In this document: positions 28,695 to 38,573 of the stretch, one piece after another | Layout of the letters: every line of letters starts with the position of its first letter | Numbering within the stretch: position 1 is the first letter of the stretch | From: a virus | Length of the DNA stretch: 64,000 nt | Virus record (IMG/VR): IMGVR_UViG_3300042922_000661 | Span: 31,174 to 95,173 of that record | Direction: 5' to 3' (one strand) | Notes under the pieces: model-generated | Told to the model about the DNA's origin: nothing | Databases searched by the model: none | What the model saw: only the letters and a program-made list of their open reading frames with translations | Position numbers and translations under genes: made by a program

Positions 28695-29726
28695 CTATTC
28701 TCCGTCCAGTATTCCCGACATTTTACCCTTCTGACTTTCCGAACGGCGCAGGTAGCGCATGACTGTTTTCGGATCCTGCCAGGTGCCTTCCTGCATAATC
28801 TGCGTAATAGTCGCGTCGCGCTCCGCCATATCCATAGCCGCACCCACGCGTGCGCTGTGACCGGACCATTTGGCATAGCGGCCTTTATTGTCCTGTACAG
28901 GCTCTTTACCCAGTAGATCCCATGCGTCTTTGAAAATCTTTTCGGTAGCCGGTGCTGACATAGGCTTTTCCGATACGCCAGCCGTGTTGTTATGGCGAAC
29001 CGGCCCAAACACCATGGCATCCGGATGGTGGATCAGGCCGGACACATCCAGCCACCGCAGCAGATGACTGGCAGCGGCGCGGCTGAGGTGCTTTATCACG
29101 CCTGCAGCAGTGACCATCGTTTTAGTGTGTGACAGGTTAATCACTACATGGCCATTGTCGCTGATATCGAGATCGCGCACCCGGATGCGGCTGAGCTCGG
29201 ACATTCGGCAGAGTGTGTTGTAGGCAACAAACAGGAATGCCAGGTTGCGTTGATCGGTCAGCTTTTCGGAGCGTCCCATCAGGTGCGTCAGCAGTTGCAG
29301 ATCTGGAAGGCGGAACGGGATCGCCTGGCCGGTACGTTCACCCTGCAAAACGGCCTCGCGCCGGATGCGTTTCATGGCACGTTTCAGGTCCACGCTTCCT
29401 CTGAGATCCGGGAGTCCGCTTTCCCGGCATAACATGTTCATCATGGCGTAATGTTTGTCGATCGTGCTCGATGCGAGACCGCTCTCCGCCATCTCCAGAA
29501 AGTAATCCCGCGCCAGCTCAGGCTCTATCGGCAGATAGGCAACGGCACGGTCGTTACACCAGAAAGCCCAGCGCCGGATAACTGCCAGCAGGTCACGGAA
29601 AGTATTCTCGGAATAAGCGGCCTTATCCGCGATGAATCTGCGCAGATTATTAGCGATATCTTCCGGCGTTAATTTGGTTAATTCAGCTGGAAGCGCGCCG
29701 GTCTTTATTTGGGCCAGATGTTTCAT
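28695..29726 (-). CDS. cre: Cre-family tyrosine recombinase (Panto-like)
   Basis: 343 aa; AYNTLCRMSE (R), TKT (K), WSGHSARVGAA (HxxR), GTW, VMRY (Y). Confidence 0.93.
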   Translation of the reverse strand: MKHLAQIKTGALPAELTKLTPEDIANNLRRFIADKAAYSENTFRDLLAVIRRWAFWCNDRAVAYLPIEPELARDYFLEMAESGLASSTIDKHYAMMNMLCRESGLPDLRGSVDLKRAMKRIRREAVLQGERTGQAIPFRLPDLQLLTHLMGRSEKLTDQRNLAFLFVAYNTLCRMSELSRIRVRDLDISDNGHVVINLSHTKTMVTAAGVIKHLSRAAASHLLRWLDVSGLIHHPDAMVFGPVRHNNTAGVSEKPMSAPATEKIFKDAWDLLGKEPVQDNKGRYAKWSGHSARVGAAMDMAERDATITQIMQEGTWQDPKTVMRYLRRSESQKGKMSGILDGE

Positions 29727-29916
29727 TTATATATTCCTTCCAAAATCAGCGAGACAACGCTACGCGAAATCTACAAAAAAAGCAGGGGTCTGGTACGCCA
29801 GATTTCACGTAGCGACGCCTGATGCAAAACCGCTCACAAAGTACGCAGATTGCCAGCAGCTTCGCTAATCTGATCATTTGATCATCAAACACTGATCAAG
29901 CATACATGAAACAGGG

Positions 29917-29950
29917 GAAACTTTATATAAGGCTTATTATTTAAAGTTTC
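29917..29950. other. lox-type recombination site (pox/rox-like)
   Basis: GAAACTTTATATA-AGGCTTAT-TATTTAAAGTTTC: 13-8-13 inverted repeat with one mismatch, between cre and c1. Confidence 0.9.
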
Positions 29951-30334
29951 ATTTTTTGACATAAAACAGGCGTCATCTGCCTTATGGCTAGAAAAATCGA
30001 AAAATTTATAAATTACTTACATGAATGTTGATGATCGGTTGACTGCCTTCATATATGATCAATTGGCATTCATTTTGATTGCGGACTGAAACTGTTAGCA
30101 TCGGCAATCTTTGGGCTGTTCGCTTAGTCCCGGCTAACAGACGCTGATTTACACACACACTTTCGTTAATGAGCGTGTACAGCAGATATATCTGACAGAG
30201 GCAGAATACGGACTATTCTTATTATTGTAATTCTAAGGATATCTAATTTTACATCCCTTCTTTTTCTGTCTATATTCGCGTGCATTAAGTCCAGAGAGAC
30301 TTGTACCGCTCATTAATATTTTTGGAATACATAT

Positions 30335-31408
30335 ATGCCTAACTTTAGCGACGTGGAATTTGAGAAGCGTTATAAACAATTTCTACAGGTACAAACTGAG
30401 TGGCTGACTCTCATCACGGACAACAAAATTTTCTCTGACAAGAATGCCCTGGGTGAAGAATGCCGTCCTATCGGTTTCATCACTGACAAGACCCTTTTCC
30501 TGCGCGCCGAACATCTGCTGAGCGAATGGCAGAAGTTTGCCGATCTGGCTGAAGAGAAACGCAAAGAGCGCTCTATTGCGATCACCACGAACCTCTATCT
30601 GCCGGTTCCAACAATGGTGGTTAACCCGAAGCACGTTACCGTAAACCGCTTCCGCGCCACGGCCACTTCTAACCATACCCGCGAAGACATCATCAAGCGT
30701 TATGAAAAGCAGATCGGTAAGCTGAAGAAAGTCCCGTTTGCTGCCGGTGCCATCATGTCACTGGAAGATGAAATGAAGGTATTTGAAGAGGCTGCGCCTG
30801 GTAAGATGTACCGCGCTCGCACCAGCAACTATTCAGATATTCAGGTCACAGCACGTTACACCGACGATAAGAAAGAGGAAGGCGATAGCTTCCGTTACGG
30901 CGCACACGGCCTGCTCATCTTTGGCGAGACCCTGAACAAGGATCGTGATATCAAGTTGAACGTATCCCGTGGCGGAACCTACACCTCGTCTTACGATGTT
31001 ATCTCGCCAGTTCCGTGCTCTATCCTGCCAAATGCGAAGCTCTATACGCTGGAGGATGTGGAGTACAGCAAAACGCTGGCCGCGCAGCGTGCCGCAGTGG
31101 CATACACCGTACAGACGCGTCGTTCACAGTTTGAACTCCGTTCAAAAACGAAGGTAGCGAAGGCCAAAAACTCGGAAGAAGCCCGCGCATTGAAGGCGGA
31201 AATCGCCGCCTCGCGTGATTTGCTGGCCAGACTGGAAGCCTACGACTGGGCGCTGCTTGATAAGAAGGTAGCAGCTGGCGATACCGAGCAACTGACCATG
31301 CCGGAAATCCGCAAGCGTTACGGCAACGAAGAGCCTCGCGCCGGTAAAAACATGCGTAACATGTATGATCTGCTGCGCGAGTTAGAGAACAATCAGAGCA
31401 AAGATTAA
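30335..31408 (+). CDS. c1: Primary repressor C1
   Basis: NLYLPVP, YRARTSNYSD, GETL and SYDVISP...PNAKLYTLEDVE align with recalled P1 C1; position between pacB and lox; operator-like site at 30230. Confidence 0.8.
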   Translation: MPNFSDVEFEKRYKQFLQVQTEWLTLITDNKIFSDKNALGEECRPIGFITDKTLFLRAEHLLSEWQKFADLAEEKRKERSIAITTNLYLPVPTMVVNPKHVTVNRFRATATSNHTREDIIKRYEKQIGKLKKVPFAAGAIMSLEDEMKVFEEAAPGKMYRARTSNYSDIQVTARYTDDKKEEGDSFRYGAHGLLIFGETLNKDRDIKLNVSRGGTYTSSYDVISPVPCSILPNAKLYTLEDVEYSKTLAAQRAAVAYTVQTRRSQFELRSKTKVAKAKNSEEARALKAEIAASRDLLARLEAYDWALLDKKVAAGDTEQLTMPEIRKRYGNEEPRAGKNMRNMYDLLRELENNQSKD

Positions 31409-31437
31409 TCGGTATTCTGCCACCAGCAGAGCAAAGA

Positions 31438-31462
31438 GAAGGGCGCATAAGCGCCCTTTTTT
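31438..31462 (+). terminator. c1 terminator
   Basis: AAGGGCGC-ATAA-GCGCCCTTTTTT. Confidence 0.8.
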
Positions 31463-31520
31463 ATTGTCTGGCTAACACTGAACTGGCCCGATTCTCTCTA
31501 TAGTGGTTGGCTGCTGGTGG

Positions 31521-33032
31521 TCATCCCAGCAGCGCGTCCAGCTCCGACAGCTCTTTCAGCTTGCTCTCGGTGAAGTCGGCCATATCTTCGCTTAACTCTG
31601 CCTCTGCTGGACGGTAGCCAATCAGGAAGATAAAGCAGTAGGTATCCCAACGGTCAGGCGACTTGATGTTGAGTTTCTGACGCATCTGCGGCTTAGGCAC
31701 CATCATGATCCGCCCCATTTCATCCATAAAATATGGAATCTTAGCGGCCTGCTCTGCCGTCTGCTGCGACATATCAATGCGCATCCTGCCCGACCGGATA
31801 GCGTCAGCGGCCATGATGTTAGCCCAGGCGCGCTGATTCTTGAATCGCTCCCTCACCTTCTTACTGAATGGCGGCTGGCCCCATCGGATACTGACCGCAT
31901 TCACGCCTCTGCGCTCCAGCTGCTTGAGCGTACCCGAGCCCACGCCATCACCATCAACCGCTATCGTAATGCCCGGATAGCGCTCTTGGGTGCATTCGTT
32001 GGCGATGAAGTCACCGAACGTGATCGGGTCCATTGTGCCTGGCATTTCCAGCAGCTTAAACGACACGACGCGGCGTGCATCACCGTACCCGCTTACCTTA
32101 CAGATATTGAGGATCGACTTATCCCGACCGTTACCGACGTCGGCGGTGGCCACCCAGCCCCAGCCCTTCTCCAGATACACACGGCGACGCGCTGCGCGGT
32201 CCATTTCGTCACGCCCCAGCAGATAGCCGCTGACGTTACGCGGGAAGCGCCCCAACACCTTCACCATGTATTCCAGCGAATCGCGCCCGCCGTACTCCAC
32301 CAGCTTCTCCCGGATAAACTTCAGGGTAACGTGTGGCGCTTCCTCGGAGTTGAGCACAATGGCATTCCAGAAGCCGTTGGGGTTATCCGGGTTTTTGGCT
32401 AACGAATGGTGCGAATCATAGAAATAACCACTGGGGCGAGTAGGCTGCGACATCATCAGCATGCGGTTATCGTTCTCTGTCAGCGCACCACGCATGATAG
32501 CGATCGCTTTATCAGAGATACCCGACGCTTCATCCAGGATAAGCAGGATGTGAGCGGCGTGCTCACCGGCCAGCGCTTCTTCATTACCCAGGCGGAAGCC
32601 TTTACACAGCACTTCCCAGATGCCCTTACGCGACTTCTCATAGAACATGGTATCGGTAAGGGTGAAGTAGTTCTGAAGCCATGGGTGACGTCTGGCGGCG
32701 TTCGCCCAGTAGGTTTTGACATACTTGAATACGCCGGTCTTAACCTGACCGATTTTGTTGGCCACGATGATTACGCGGGCATCCGGGTACATGATCATGT
32801 AGATCAGCAGCATCATGGCCGTCAGGGATGATTTACCGGTACCGTGTCCGGACGTGACGGTAGTCTGGCTCCCCGTTTCCTGTACAGAGTTAAGTATCTC
32901 TTCCTGCTGCCAGGTGGGAATCATGCCAAACAGCTCAACAACCGCCGTCGCCCAGTCATAGCGGTATCGCACCACCATATCGCGCCAACGCGGGTCCGTG
33001 GTGACGCTCTTAATGCGCTTCTGACCGCCCAT
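31521..33032 (-). CDS. pacB: Terminase large subunit PacB
   Basis: SGHGTGKS Walker A, LILDEAS Walker B, ADVG and SPDRWD nuclease motifs. Confidence 0.92.
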   Translation of the reverse strand: MGGQKRIKSVTTDPRWRDMVVRYRYDWATAVVELFGMIPTWQQEEILNSVQETGSQTTVTSGHGTGKSSLTAMMLLIYMIMYPDARVIIVANKIGQVKTGVFKYVKTYWANAARRHPWLQNYFTLTDTMFYEKSRKGIWEVLCKGFRLGNEEALAGEHAAHILLILDEASGISDKAIAIMRGALTENDNRMLMMSQPTRPSGYFYDSHHSLAKNPDNPNGFWNAIVLNSEEAPHVTLKFIREKLVEYGGRDSLEYMVKVLGRFPRNVSGYLLGRDEMDRAARRRVYLEKGWGWVATADVGNGRDKSILNICKVSGYGDARRVVSFKLLEMPGTMDPITFGDFIANECTQERYPGITIAVDGDGVGSGTLKQLERRGVNAVSIRWGQPPFSKKVRERFKNQRAWANIMAADAIRSGRMRIDMSQQTAEQAAKIPYFMDEMGRIMMVPKPQMRQKLNIKSPDRWDTYCFIFLIGYRPAEAELSEDMADFTESKLKELSELDALLG

Positions 33033-34300
33033 CAGGCTTCATCCTCGCCTGGCATGACGTTTATCTCTGGCGGTAAGTCGTCGTCGTACAGCTCCGCTGT
33101 GGCCTCATAATCAAAGTCAGCGCCTTGATGCGCGTCGCCGGCAGTCTCGCCGGCGCGGTGTTCTCCGTTCGCCTGGACGTCACCAAAGCCGCCACTATCC
33201 ACCAGCGCCGCCACTGCAGCACGGCGTTCCTCAACAAAGGCCGCGCTGGTGGCCTGCTGCTGGCGGAATTTACGCGCATCACTGTCCAGCTGTTCATCAC
33301 TGACCTGCCCGCGTTCATCAACTGGCGGCTCAGCATTCTTGAGCTCATTTTCGAGGCGCTTCGATAGCGACTCTGGCAGTTTGATACCGTGCCGCTCGAT
33401 GTATTCTGCCGTCTGCAGTAAATCCCAGTCATGCTCTTCGCGCAGTGCATAGGCCTGGCTGATCACTTCACCGGCGTTATGCGTAAGTGCGTGCTTTTCG
33501 TTGTCGCGCCGGTTCTTGTCGGTACCGCTGGCGATCGCGGCTACCCGCGTGGCGTGGTCATTGACCAGGTAACCGACCTCAATCATCAGCTTGGTCATCT
33601 TCAGGATTGGATGTGGCCCGCCGCCACCTTCGTCATCATCCTTCTTTTTGCCGTTGGCCATGTTCTCGGCCTCAAGCTCAAACAGCTCGACCGCACGCGC
33701 CGTGGTGCGCTTCAGCAGGTCCATATGCGCCAGTGAGTCAAAGAGCACCGTCATGGCGCTGGCTTCCACGCCCTCACCCAGCACTTCTAATGCTGCCTCA
33801 TAATCCTGCGGCCGCGGGAAGCCGCGCCGGTTAGCTACCAGCTTTGTTTCATGCGCTTCCTCAAAGGGTTTGCCCTCTCCACGGGGCTTTGCGGTGTGCT
33901 TCGGGCGCCCGGATTCCTGATCACCTTCATTTCTGATCATTTTGGCATGTGAAGCATTTGGCTTTTTCTTTGCACCAGGCTGCGCTGCTGTGTCAGCGCG
34001 TGGTTCCAGAACCCCCTCTAAAGCCTCGCTGTGCCTGACTTTTCGCCCGTTTCGGCGGATGATTAAATCGTCTTTACCGGCATGATCATTTTGATGATCA
34101 GAAGCGTGATCACCAGAATGATCATGATTGTGATCACCAGCCTGATCACTCATAGCAGCCAGCGCTTTGCCGTTCAGCTCCCGGCGTGCGGTGTTAAACG
34201 GCAGACCGTAGTACTCACAGTACTCTTTGACGGTTATCCCGCTCTGCGCCTTCTGCTCAATGAAGGCTTTTCTGTGGTCATCCCAGTTAACTTTGGACAT
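33032..34300 (-). CDS. pacA: Terminase small subunit PacA
   Basis: 422 aa, N-terminal HTH, coupled to pacB, contains the TGATCA array. Confidence 0.85.
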   Translation of the reverse strand: MSKVNWDDHRKAFIEQKAQSGITVKEYCEYYGLPFNTARRELNGKALAAMSDQAGDHNHDHSGDHASDHQNDHAGKDDLIIRRNGRKVRHSEALEGVLEPRADTAAQPGAKKKPNASHAKMIRNEGDQESGRPKHTAKPRGEGKPFEEAHETKLVANRRGFPRPQDYEAALEVLGEGVEASAMTVLFDSLAHMDLLKRTTARAVELFELEAENMANGKKKDDDEGGGGPHPILKMTKLMIEVGYLVNDHATRVAAIASGTDKNRRDNEKHALTHNAGEVISQAYALREEHDWDLLQTAEYIERHGIKLPESLSKRLENELKNAEPPVDERGQVSDEQLDSDARKFRQQQATSAAFVEERRAAVAALVDSGGFGDVQANGEHRAGETAGDAHQGADFDYEATAELYDDDLPPEINVMPGEDEA

Positions 34301-34376
34301 GGTTTATCGTTCAAATGAGGCCAATAAACGGGGATGGTATGGAGTCTGTAATTTTCAGTGATCACATTAATGATCA
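33918..34376. repeat. pac packaging site (TGATCA hexamer array)
   Basis: TGATCA at 34083, 34095, 34107, 34119, 34131, 34143 (exact 12-bp period), 34359, 34371, and also 33918, 33934. Confidence 0.8.
34334..34354 (-). promoter_or_regulatory. Putative late promoter of pacAB
   Basis: AAATTACA-GACTCCA-TACCAT. Confidence 0.75.
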
Positions 34377-34405
34377 CTAACTCAGCAACCAGATTAAGGG
34401 GGTGC

Positions 34406-34486
34406 CTTTTCGGGTCTTTTTCGGGCCTTTTTAGTGGACTTAATCGCGCTATATGGTAAATTTCAGGTTCTGTTCGAGACCCGAAA
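34406..34486. repeat. Candidate parC centromere
   Basis: TTTCGGGTC / TTTCGGGCC at an 11-bp period (34408, 34419), TTTCAGGTTC (34461), and an inverted GACCCGAAA (34478), just upstream of parM. Confidence 0.45.
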
Positions 34487-34505
34487 TAAACCAATGGACT
34501 ATTAA

Positions 34506-35630
34506 ATGACTAAGAACAAAGCAGTTTTAGTAGCAGTGGATGCAGGCTCCGGCAACATCGCTCTTACCTTCACTGACGAAACCTCTGGAAAGCGCGTAAC
34601 CAGCGTTATTCCAGCACTTGTCCTTGAAGGCAATCAGCAGTCTTTTGCTTCTGAATCATCATCAACCTGGCTGACAACTGACGCACAAGGCAAGGAGCGC
34701 GCCTACACCGTCATGAAGAAAGGCTATGACCTGTATGATACCTGTGACCCTGATTATCAGGTCTCTGCTGCTCACCGCGTCCTGATTACCGATGCGCTGT
34801 TCCGCGCTGGCCTGGGTGGCCGTGATGTGATCATTGGTGAAACCCTGCCAGTAAATCAGTTCTATAGCGCTGTCGGCGTCATTAACGAAAAACGTATCCA
34901 GCAAAAAACTGACAGTCTGAAGACGCCGGTGACCAACGTAAACTCCAGCGAACCAGCGAATATCATTCACGTTGAAGTCTTCCCTGAAGCCGTTCCTGCT
35001 GTTGTTTCTGCGCAGTCTGATAATCCTGACCTCGCTAAAGCTGAATCTACCCTTGTCATCGACCTTGGCCGCTTCACCTGTGATATCGCTGTGGTAGACG
35101 CAGAACTTATGCCAGTGAAGAAGGCGAGCTATGAGCATGGCGTACAGAAGATGATTGAACGTGTACATGCCCTGTTGCCGCAGTTTGAAGCGAAGCTGGG
35201 TAAATCGTTCGGTGCCAGCGATCTCAGCGTTGACAGCATTGATGCAATTATTCGCCAGGGTTATATCGGTTCACGTCTCGAAAGCGCTAAATCCAAGCGT
35301 ATCGATATCACTGAAGTCATTGATCAGGCGGCGTCAGAGCTGGCAGATAAAATCTGGCAGGATGTGCGTGCGCTTCACCGCAATACCCGTGATATCGATG
35401 TTGTACTGGTTGTGGGCGGCGGTGCCAACTACATCGCTGGCAAACTGGCTGGCCTGACAGACCATACTGCTGACTGGCATGACGTGGTAGTTGTGCCTGA
35501 TAACCCTGAAATGGCTATCGTGCGCGGCGTGCATCTGGCCATGATGGCATCAGAAGATGAAATTCGTGCTGAAATCAGCGCATCTGCATCCGTAAGCGAT
35601 ATTCGCAGCCGGACCAGCGATAAGGGCTGA
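34506..35630 (+). CDS. parM: Actin-like partition ATPase ParM/StbA
   Basis: VAVDAGSGN, ETLPVNQFY, FPEAVPA, IDLGRFTCD and VGGGA actin-fold motifs. Confidence 0.88.
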   Translation: MTKNKAVLVAVDAGSGNIALTFTDETSGKRVTSVIPALVLEGNQQSFASESSSTWLTTDAQGKERAYTVMKKGYDLYDTCDPDYQVSAAHRVLITDALFRAGLGGRDVIIGETLPVNQFYSAVGVINEKRIQQKTDSLKTPVTNVNSSEPANIIHVEVFPEAVPAVVSAQSDNPDLAKAESTLVIDLGRFTCDIAVVDAELMPVKKASYEHGVQKMIERVHALLPQFEAKLGKSFGASDLSVDSIDAIIRQGYIGSRLESAKSKRIDITEVIDQAASELADKIWQDVRALHRNTRDIDVVLVVGGGANYIAGKLAGLTDHTADWHDVVVVPDNPEMAIVRGVHLAMMASEDEIRAEISASASVSDIRSRTSDKG

Positions 35631-35631
35631 T

Positions 35632-36162
35632 ATGACTAAGCTGATCAAACTAACCGGGCTGGAAGAAGGCGGCGCACTTAGCGCCAACTTTCTGAAGGAC
35701 TACGAAAAACTTACGACACGGGCGCAGCGTCGCAATCTTCTGCATTCCGTTGTCCGCTCTGGCTATGCTGCCGAACTTATGGGGCTTACCCCGATGATCG
35801 CCATACTGGAAGAAAGTTTAGGCCCGAAGTTCCTGAAAATGCCAAAGCGTGAGCGCCTGCAAAGGCTGCTGGCTTTAATCAGTGCCGTTATGGGCGATGA
35901 ACTGGATTTGCCTGCTCAGTCAGCGCCACCAGCAGCGGGACAATCTGGTGCAGTACCACCAGCAGCAGCGGCAACACAACCAGCTGAAAATGCTCAGCCG
36001 GTGCAGGATGAAAATCAGCAGGAAGTCGCCAATGAGCGCGCCGTGGTAACGCGCAACGAGGATGATAACTCTACTCTTCTGGTTGAGGATGCGCCCGCTA
36101 AAGCCGTTACTGCTGGCGCGCTGAAGCTGCAGCGTCACAGAGTTAGCCGAACCCCAAGCTAA
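35632..36162 (+). CDS. ParR/StbB-like centromere-binding adaptor
   Basis: Directly after parM; structured N-terminus plus a low-complexity linker. Confidence 0.6.
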   Translation: MTKLIKLTGLEEGGALSANFLKDYEKLTTRAQRRNLLHSVVRSGYAAELMGLTPMIAILEESLGPKFLKMPKRERLQRLLALISAVMGDELDLPAQSAPPAAGQSGAVPPAAAATQPAENAQPVQDENQQEVANERAVVTRNEDDNSTLLVEDAPAKAVTAGALKLQRHRVSRTPS

Positions 36163-36176
36163 ACCCGATACCCCGT

Positions 36177-36584
36177 TCACATGAGCGGGGTATTTTCTAT
36201 TCTTCCTCGCCTGCACATATCCATCAGTTCCCTCGCCATAACGCAAACAGAGCGATGCTCCAGTTCTTTCGACTGACGATGGCGTTTAGTCGCACTCTCA
36301 ACACACAAAGAGCCATAGTCTATGTCCTGACGCCCACGCACTTTGAAGATATAGCCGTTAATGGCCTCTAATCGGTACTGGCGGGGATATGCGTCAGGAT
36401 GCACCCGGCATTGAGCGAATGGCGATCGGACAAAAGAGCGCAGAATATTGGAGATGATACCGGTGTTAACGATTAACTGCGGGTACTCTGTTTCCACCAG
36501 CTTTGTCACTTCTGCCACCGTCATGTAGTCACGCCTGCGTATTAACAGATCGGCCACCTCAATACTGCTCACCTTTTTGTCCAT
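36177..36584 (-). CDS. lpa: Late promoter activator Lpa
   Basis: EVADLLI...EYPQL...PRQYRL...VMARELM resembles recalled P1 Lpa; upstream of pacA; operator-like site at 36616. Confidence 0.7.
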   Translation of the reverse strand: MDKKVSSIEVADLLIRRRDYMTVAEVTKLVETEYPQLIVNTGIISNILRSFVRSPFAQCRVHPDAYPRQYRLEAINGYIFKVRGRQDIDYGSLCVESATKRHRQSKELEHRSVCVMARELMDMCRRGRIENTPLM

Positions 36585-36935
36585 GAACTGCTCCGCTTTG
36601 AATTAAGAGTAAGCAATTCTAAGGATTGTATAATTAGGACAAGTATCAACGGCGTGCATTTCGCCGATATTGACAGGTATAAAACTGGCTTCCGGATGAA
36701 TCTGACGGTGAGCGGTAGGTAGCTTTACTGGCTGGTGGTTGTGCCAAAGAATGGTGTTTGCAGGGCTGATACGGCTTGTCGCTTATCGCTATGGGTATAA
36801 GCAGGACCAAATATAATTAAAGATCTCATTGTCGCAGTGATGTAAAAGCCGGGTATTCCGCTTAGATTTTCAATGCCAGAGGGGCATTTGGTATGCCAGA
36901 TGGCTACTTTCACCTGGCACATTGCTGTATTGCAG

Positions 36936-37334
36936 TCAGCGCAGGCTCTTCAGGTAATGGCTAACTGTAGCGGACCATAGCGTTACTGTGTCACTTCCCA
37001 GCCGATGAATGATGTGGTTATAGTGAGCCTCTGATAGGCTTTCACCGGCGTCATCCTCAAACACCAGCCCTTGTGTTGTCACTCCCCGGTTAACATCAAC
37101 ACTGTACTCAAACTTACCCGACGATCCGGTAGCCTCCACCAGCTCCTGCGCCTTCCAGGCGAAGCGCACGCCACAGTTTTTGCCGAGCTCCAGCGTGATA
37201 ATGCCGTCTACTGCCAGGGCTGTCTGTATCTGGCCCGTCAGCAAAGTGTAGCTATTGCATTTCACTGAGGTGATTTTGCAATAACCTGCCTGCCAGTCCA
37301 ACAGGTTCAGGCCTTTAGTTTTCAGGGCTTTCAT
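36936..37334 (-). CDS. Hypothetical protein
   Basis: 132 aa, TAATG coupling. Confidence 0.6.
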   Translation of the reverse strand: MKALKTKGLNLLDWQAGYCKITSVKCNSYTLLTGQIQTALAVDGIITLELGKNCGVRFAWKAQELVEATGSSGKFEYSVDVNRGVTTQGLVFEDDAGESLSEAHYNHIIHRLGSDTVTLWSATVSHYLKSLR

Positions 37335-37918
37335 TACACCAGCTTCCAGTCATTCGCTAACAGGTCTATCGAAGCTGGCGCCCAGTCAGAGGTGGTCAGC
37401 TGCTGTGCGTTGGTGAGGATGAGTTGCGGCATCTGTGTAACCGAGACTTCCGGGCAGTGATCAAAGTAGCGCGCCGGTACACCGTACATATCAGTGTCTT
37501 TCAGCTCTGTACGTCTCAGGCCTCTGTTGAGTCGCAGATATACACCCTTCCCCCACGCTTCCCGCGCCACTTTGCAGCCTTCTGAAAGCCACAGCTGCGC
37601 CACGGCCAGCGGTGCGTGGTCCTGTCTGAAGTTCAGCTCACCCTTATCGATCAATTGTTCATTGCGCAGGATCAGATCGTTCAGCTTAATCAGCGCCATA
37701 CAGGCCGCGTGGTTCAGCGTTTCGCCAAAACCGGTCATAGTCAGGCCGCTTTTACTGATAACGGCAGCATATCCGGTGTTTTTGGTCTCTGAAGTGTCTG
37801 TAATGGTAAATCCGAGACGTTCAATCACGGCCAGCAACGCCATATAGTCGCCAGCGTAGTCGGCGTCTGCCTCTGCGATCATCGAAATGGTGGCGTTTAA
37901 CTGTTGAGCGGTCATCAT
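37334..37918 (-). CDS. DUF2829/Tad2-like domain protein with N-terminal extension
   Basis: GCKVAREAWGKGVYL...WAPASIDLLANDWKLV. Confidence 0.7.
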   Translation of the reverse strand: MMTAQQLNATISMIAEADADYAGDYMALLAVIERLGFTITDTSETKNTGYAAVISKSGLTMTGFGETLNHAACMALIKLNDLILRNEQLIDKGELNFRQDHAPLAVAQLWLSEGCKVAREAWGKGVYLRLNRGLRRTELKDTDMYGVPARYFDHCPEVSVTQMPQLILTNAQQLTTSDWAPASIDLLANDWKLV

Positions 37919-37920
37919 TA

Positions 37921-38148
37921 TCAGTATCCTCGTTTCTGTTTGCGCTTCTGTGCGGCCAGGCGCTGTTGCTTTGCTTCTGCACTACTTGTGGCCAAACGAT
38001 GTATTTGCCGTTCGATCTCTTCCTGCACGGGTGGTTTTGACTCTCCCACCAGCAATGTTCTTACCTGCGGCACGGGAACGGTCGGCGGACGGCGTGCAAT
38101 CCAGCTGAGACCTCCCATCAATGCGCCCATCAGTGCGATCTTCTTCAT
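37921..38148 (-). CDS. 75-aa protein with hydrophobic N-terminus
   Basis: MKKIALMGALMGGLSWI...; purine-rich RBS; basic C-terminus. Confidence 0.55.
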   Translation of the reverse strand: MKKIALMGALMGGLSWIARRPPTVPVPQVRTLLVGESKPPVQEEIERQIHRLATSSAEAKQQRLAAQKRKQKRGY

Positions 38149-38289
38149 GCTTTCTCTCTTCGTGCAGGCGTGCAGAATCACCGGCTTGTGCCGGCGTTCG
38201 AAGTTCACCTGGTTAATTCCGGCGTCGGATGCGCACGGGGGAAATACTGAGGCCTGCCCCGGCGTGGGGCCGGGTGGCTATGTAGGCAT

Positions 38290-38387
38290 TGTGCTGCCCG
38301 GATTTGAACCGGTACCGTCCGCTTGTCCCCATCAGGCCTTACGGCTATTCAATGGAGCGGCGGTTGCTTCCGTTAAGCGACAACACA
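38290..38387 (-). ncRNA. tRNA-like RNA (module 1)
   Basis: Acceptor TGTGTTG/CAGCACA, D-like arm GCTT-AACGG-AAGC, T-arm CCGG-TTCAAAT-CCGG; a long bulged stem replaces the anticodon arm; no encoded CCA. Confidence 0.6.
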
Positions 38388-38429
38388 ACGGTAAAGGCAC
38401 ACGTAAGCGCTCTTACCTGTTGTCCTGTA

Positions 38430-38558
38430 TCAGCCTGCCACCAGCTGCGCCATGAGCCACTTATGACCAGCAAACAGTCCGGCATTCAACAGCAGATGGA
38501 ACGTGGCAAACTCAATGACTTTCAGCGTCGTTTTATAGAGTCCGGGCTTTTGGTGCAT
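38430..38558 (-). CDS. 42-aa hydrophobic peptide
   Basis: MHQKPGLYKTTLKVIEFATFHLLLNAGLFAGHKWLMAQLVAG; AGGAAG RBS; below the ORF-track cutoff. Confidence 0.5.
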   Translation of the reverse strand: MHQKPGLYKTTLKVIEFATFHLLLNAGLFAGHKWLMAQLVAG

Positions 38559-38573
38559 ATAACTTCCTGAAAA

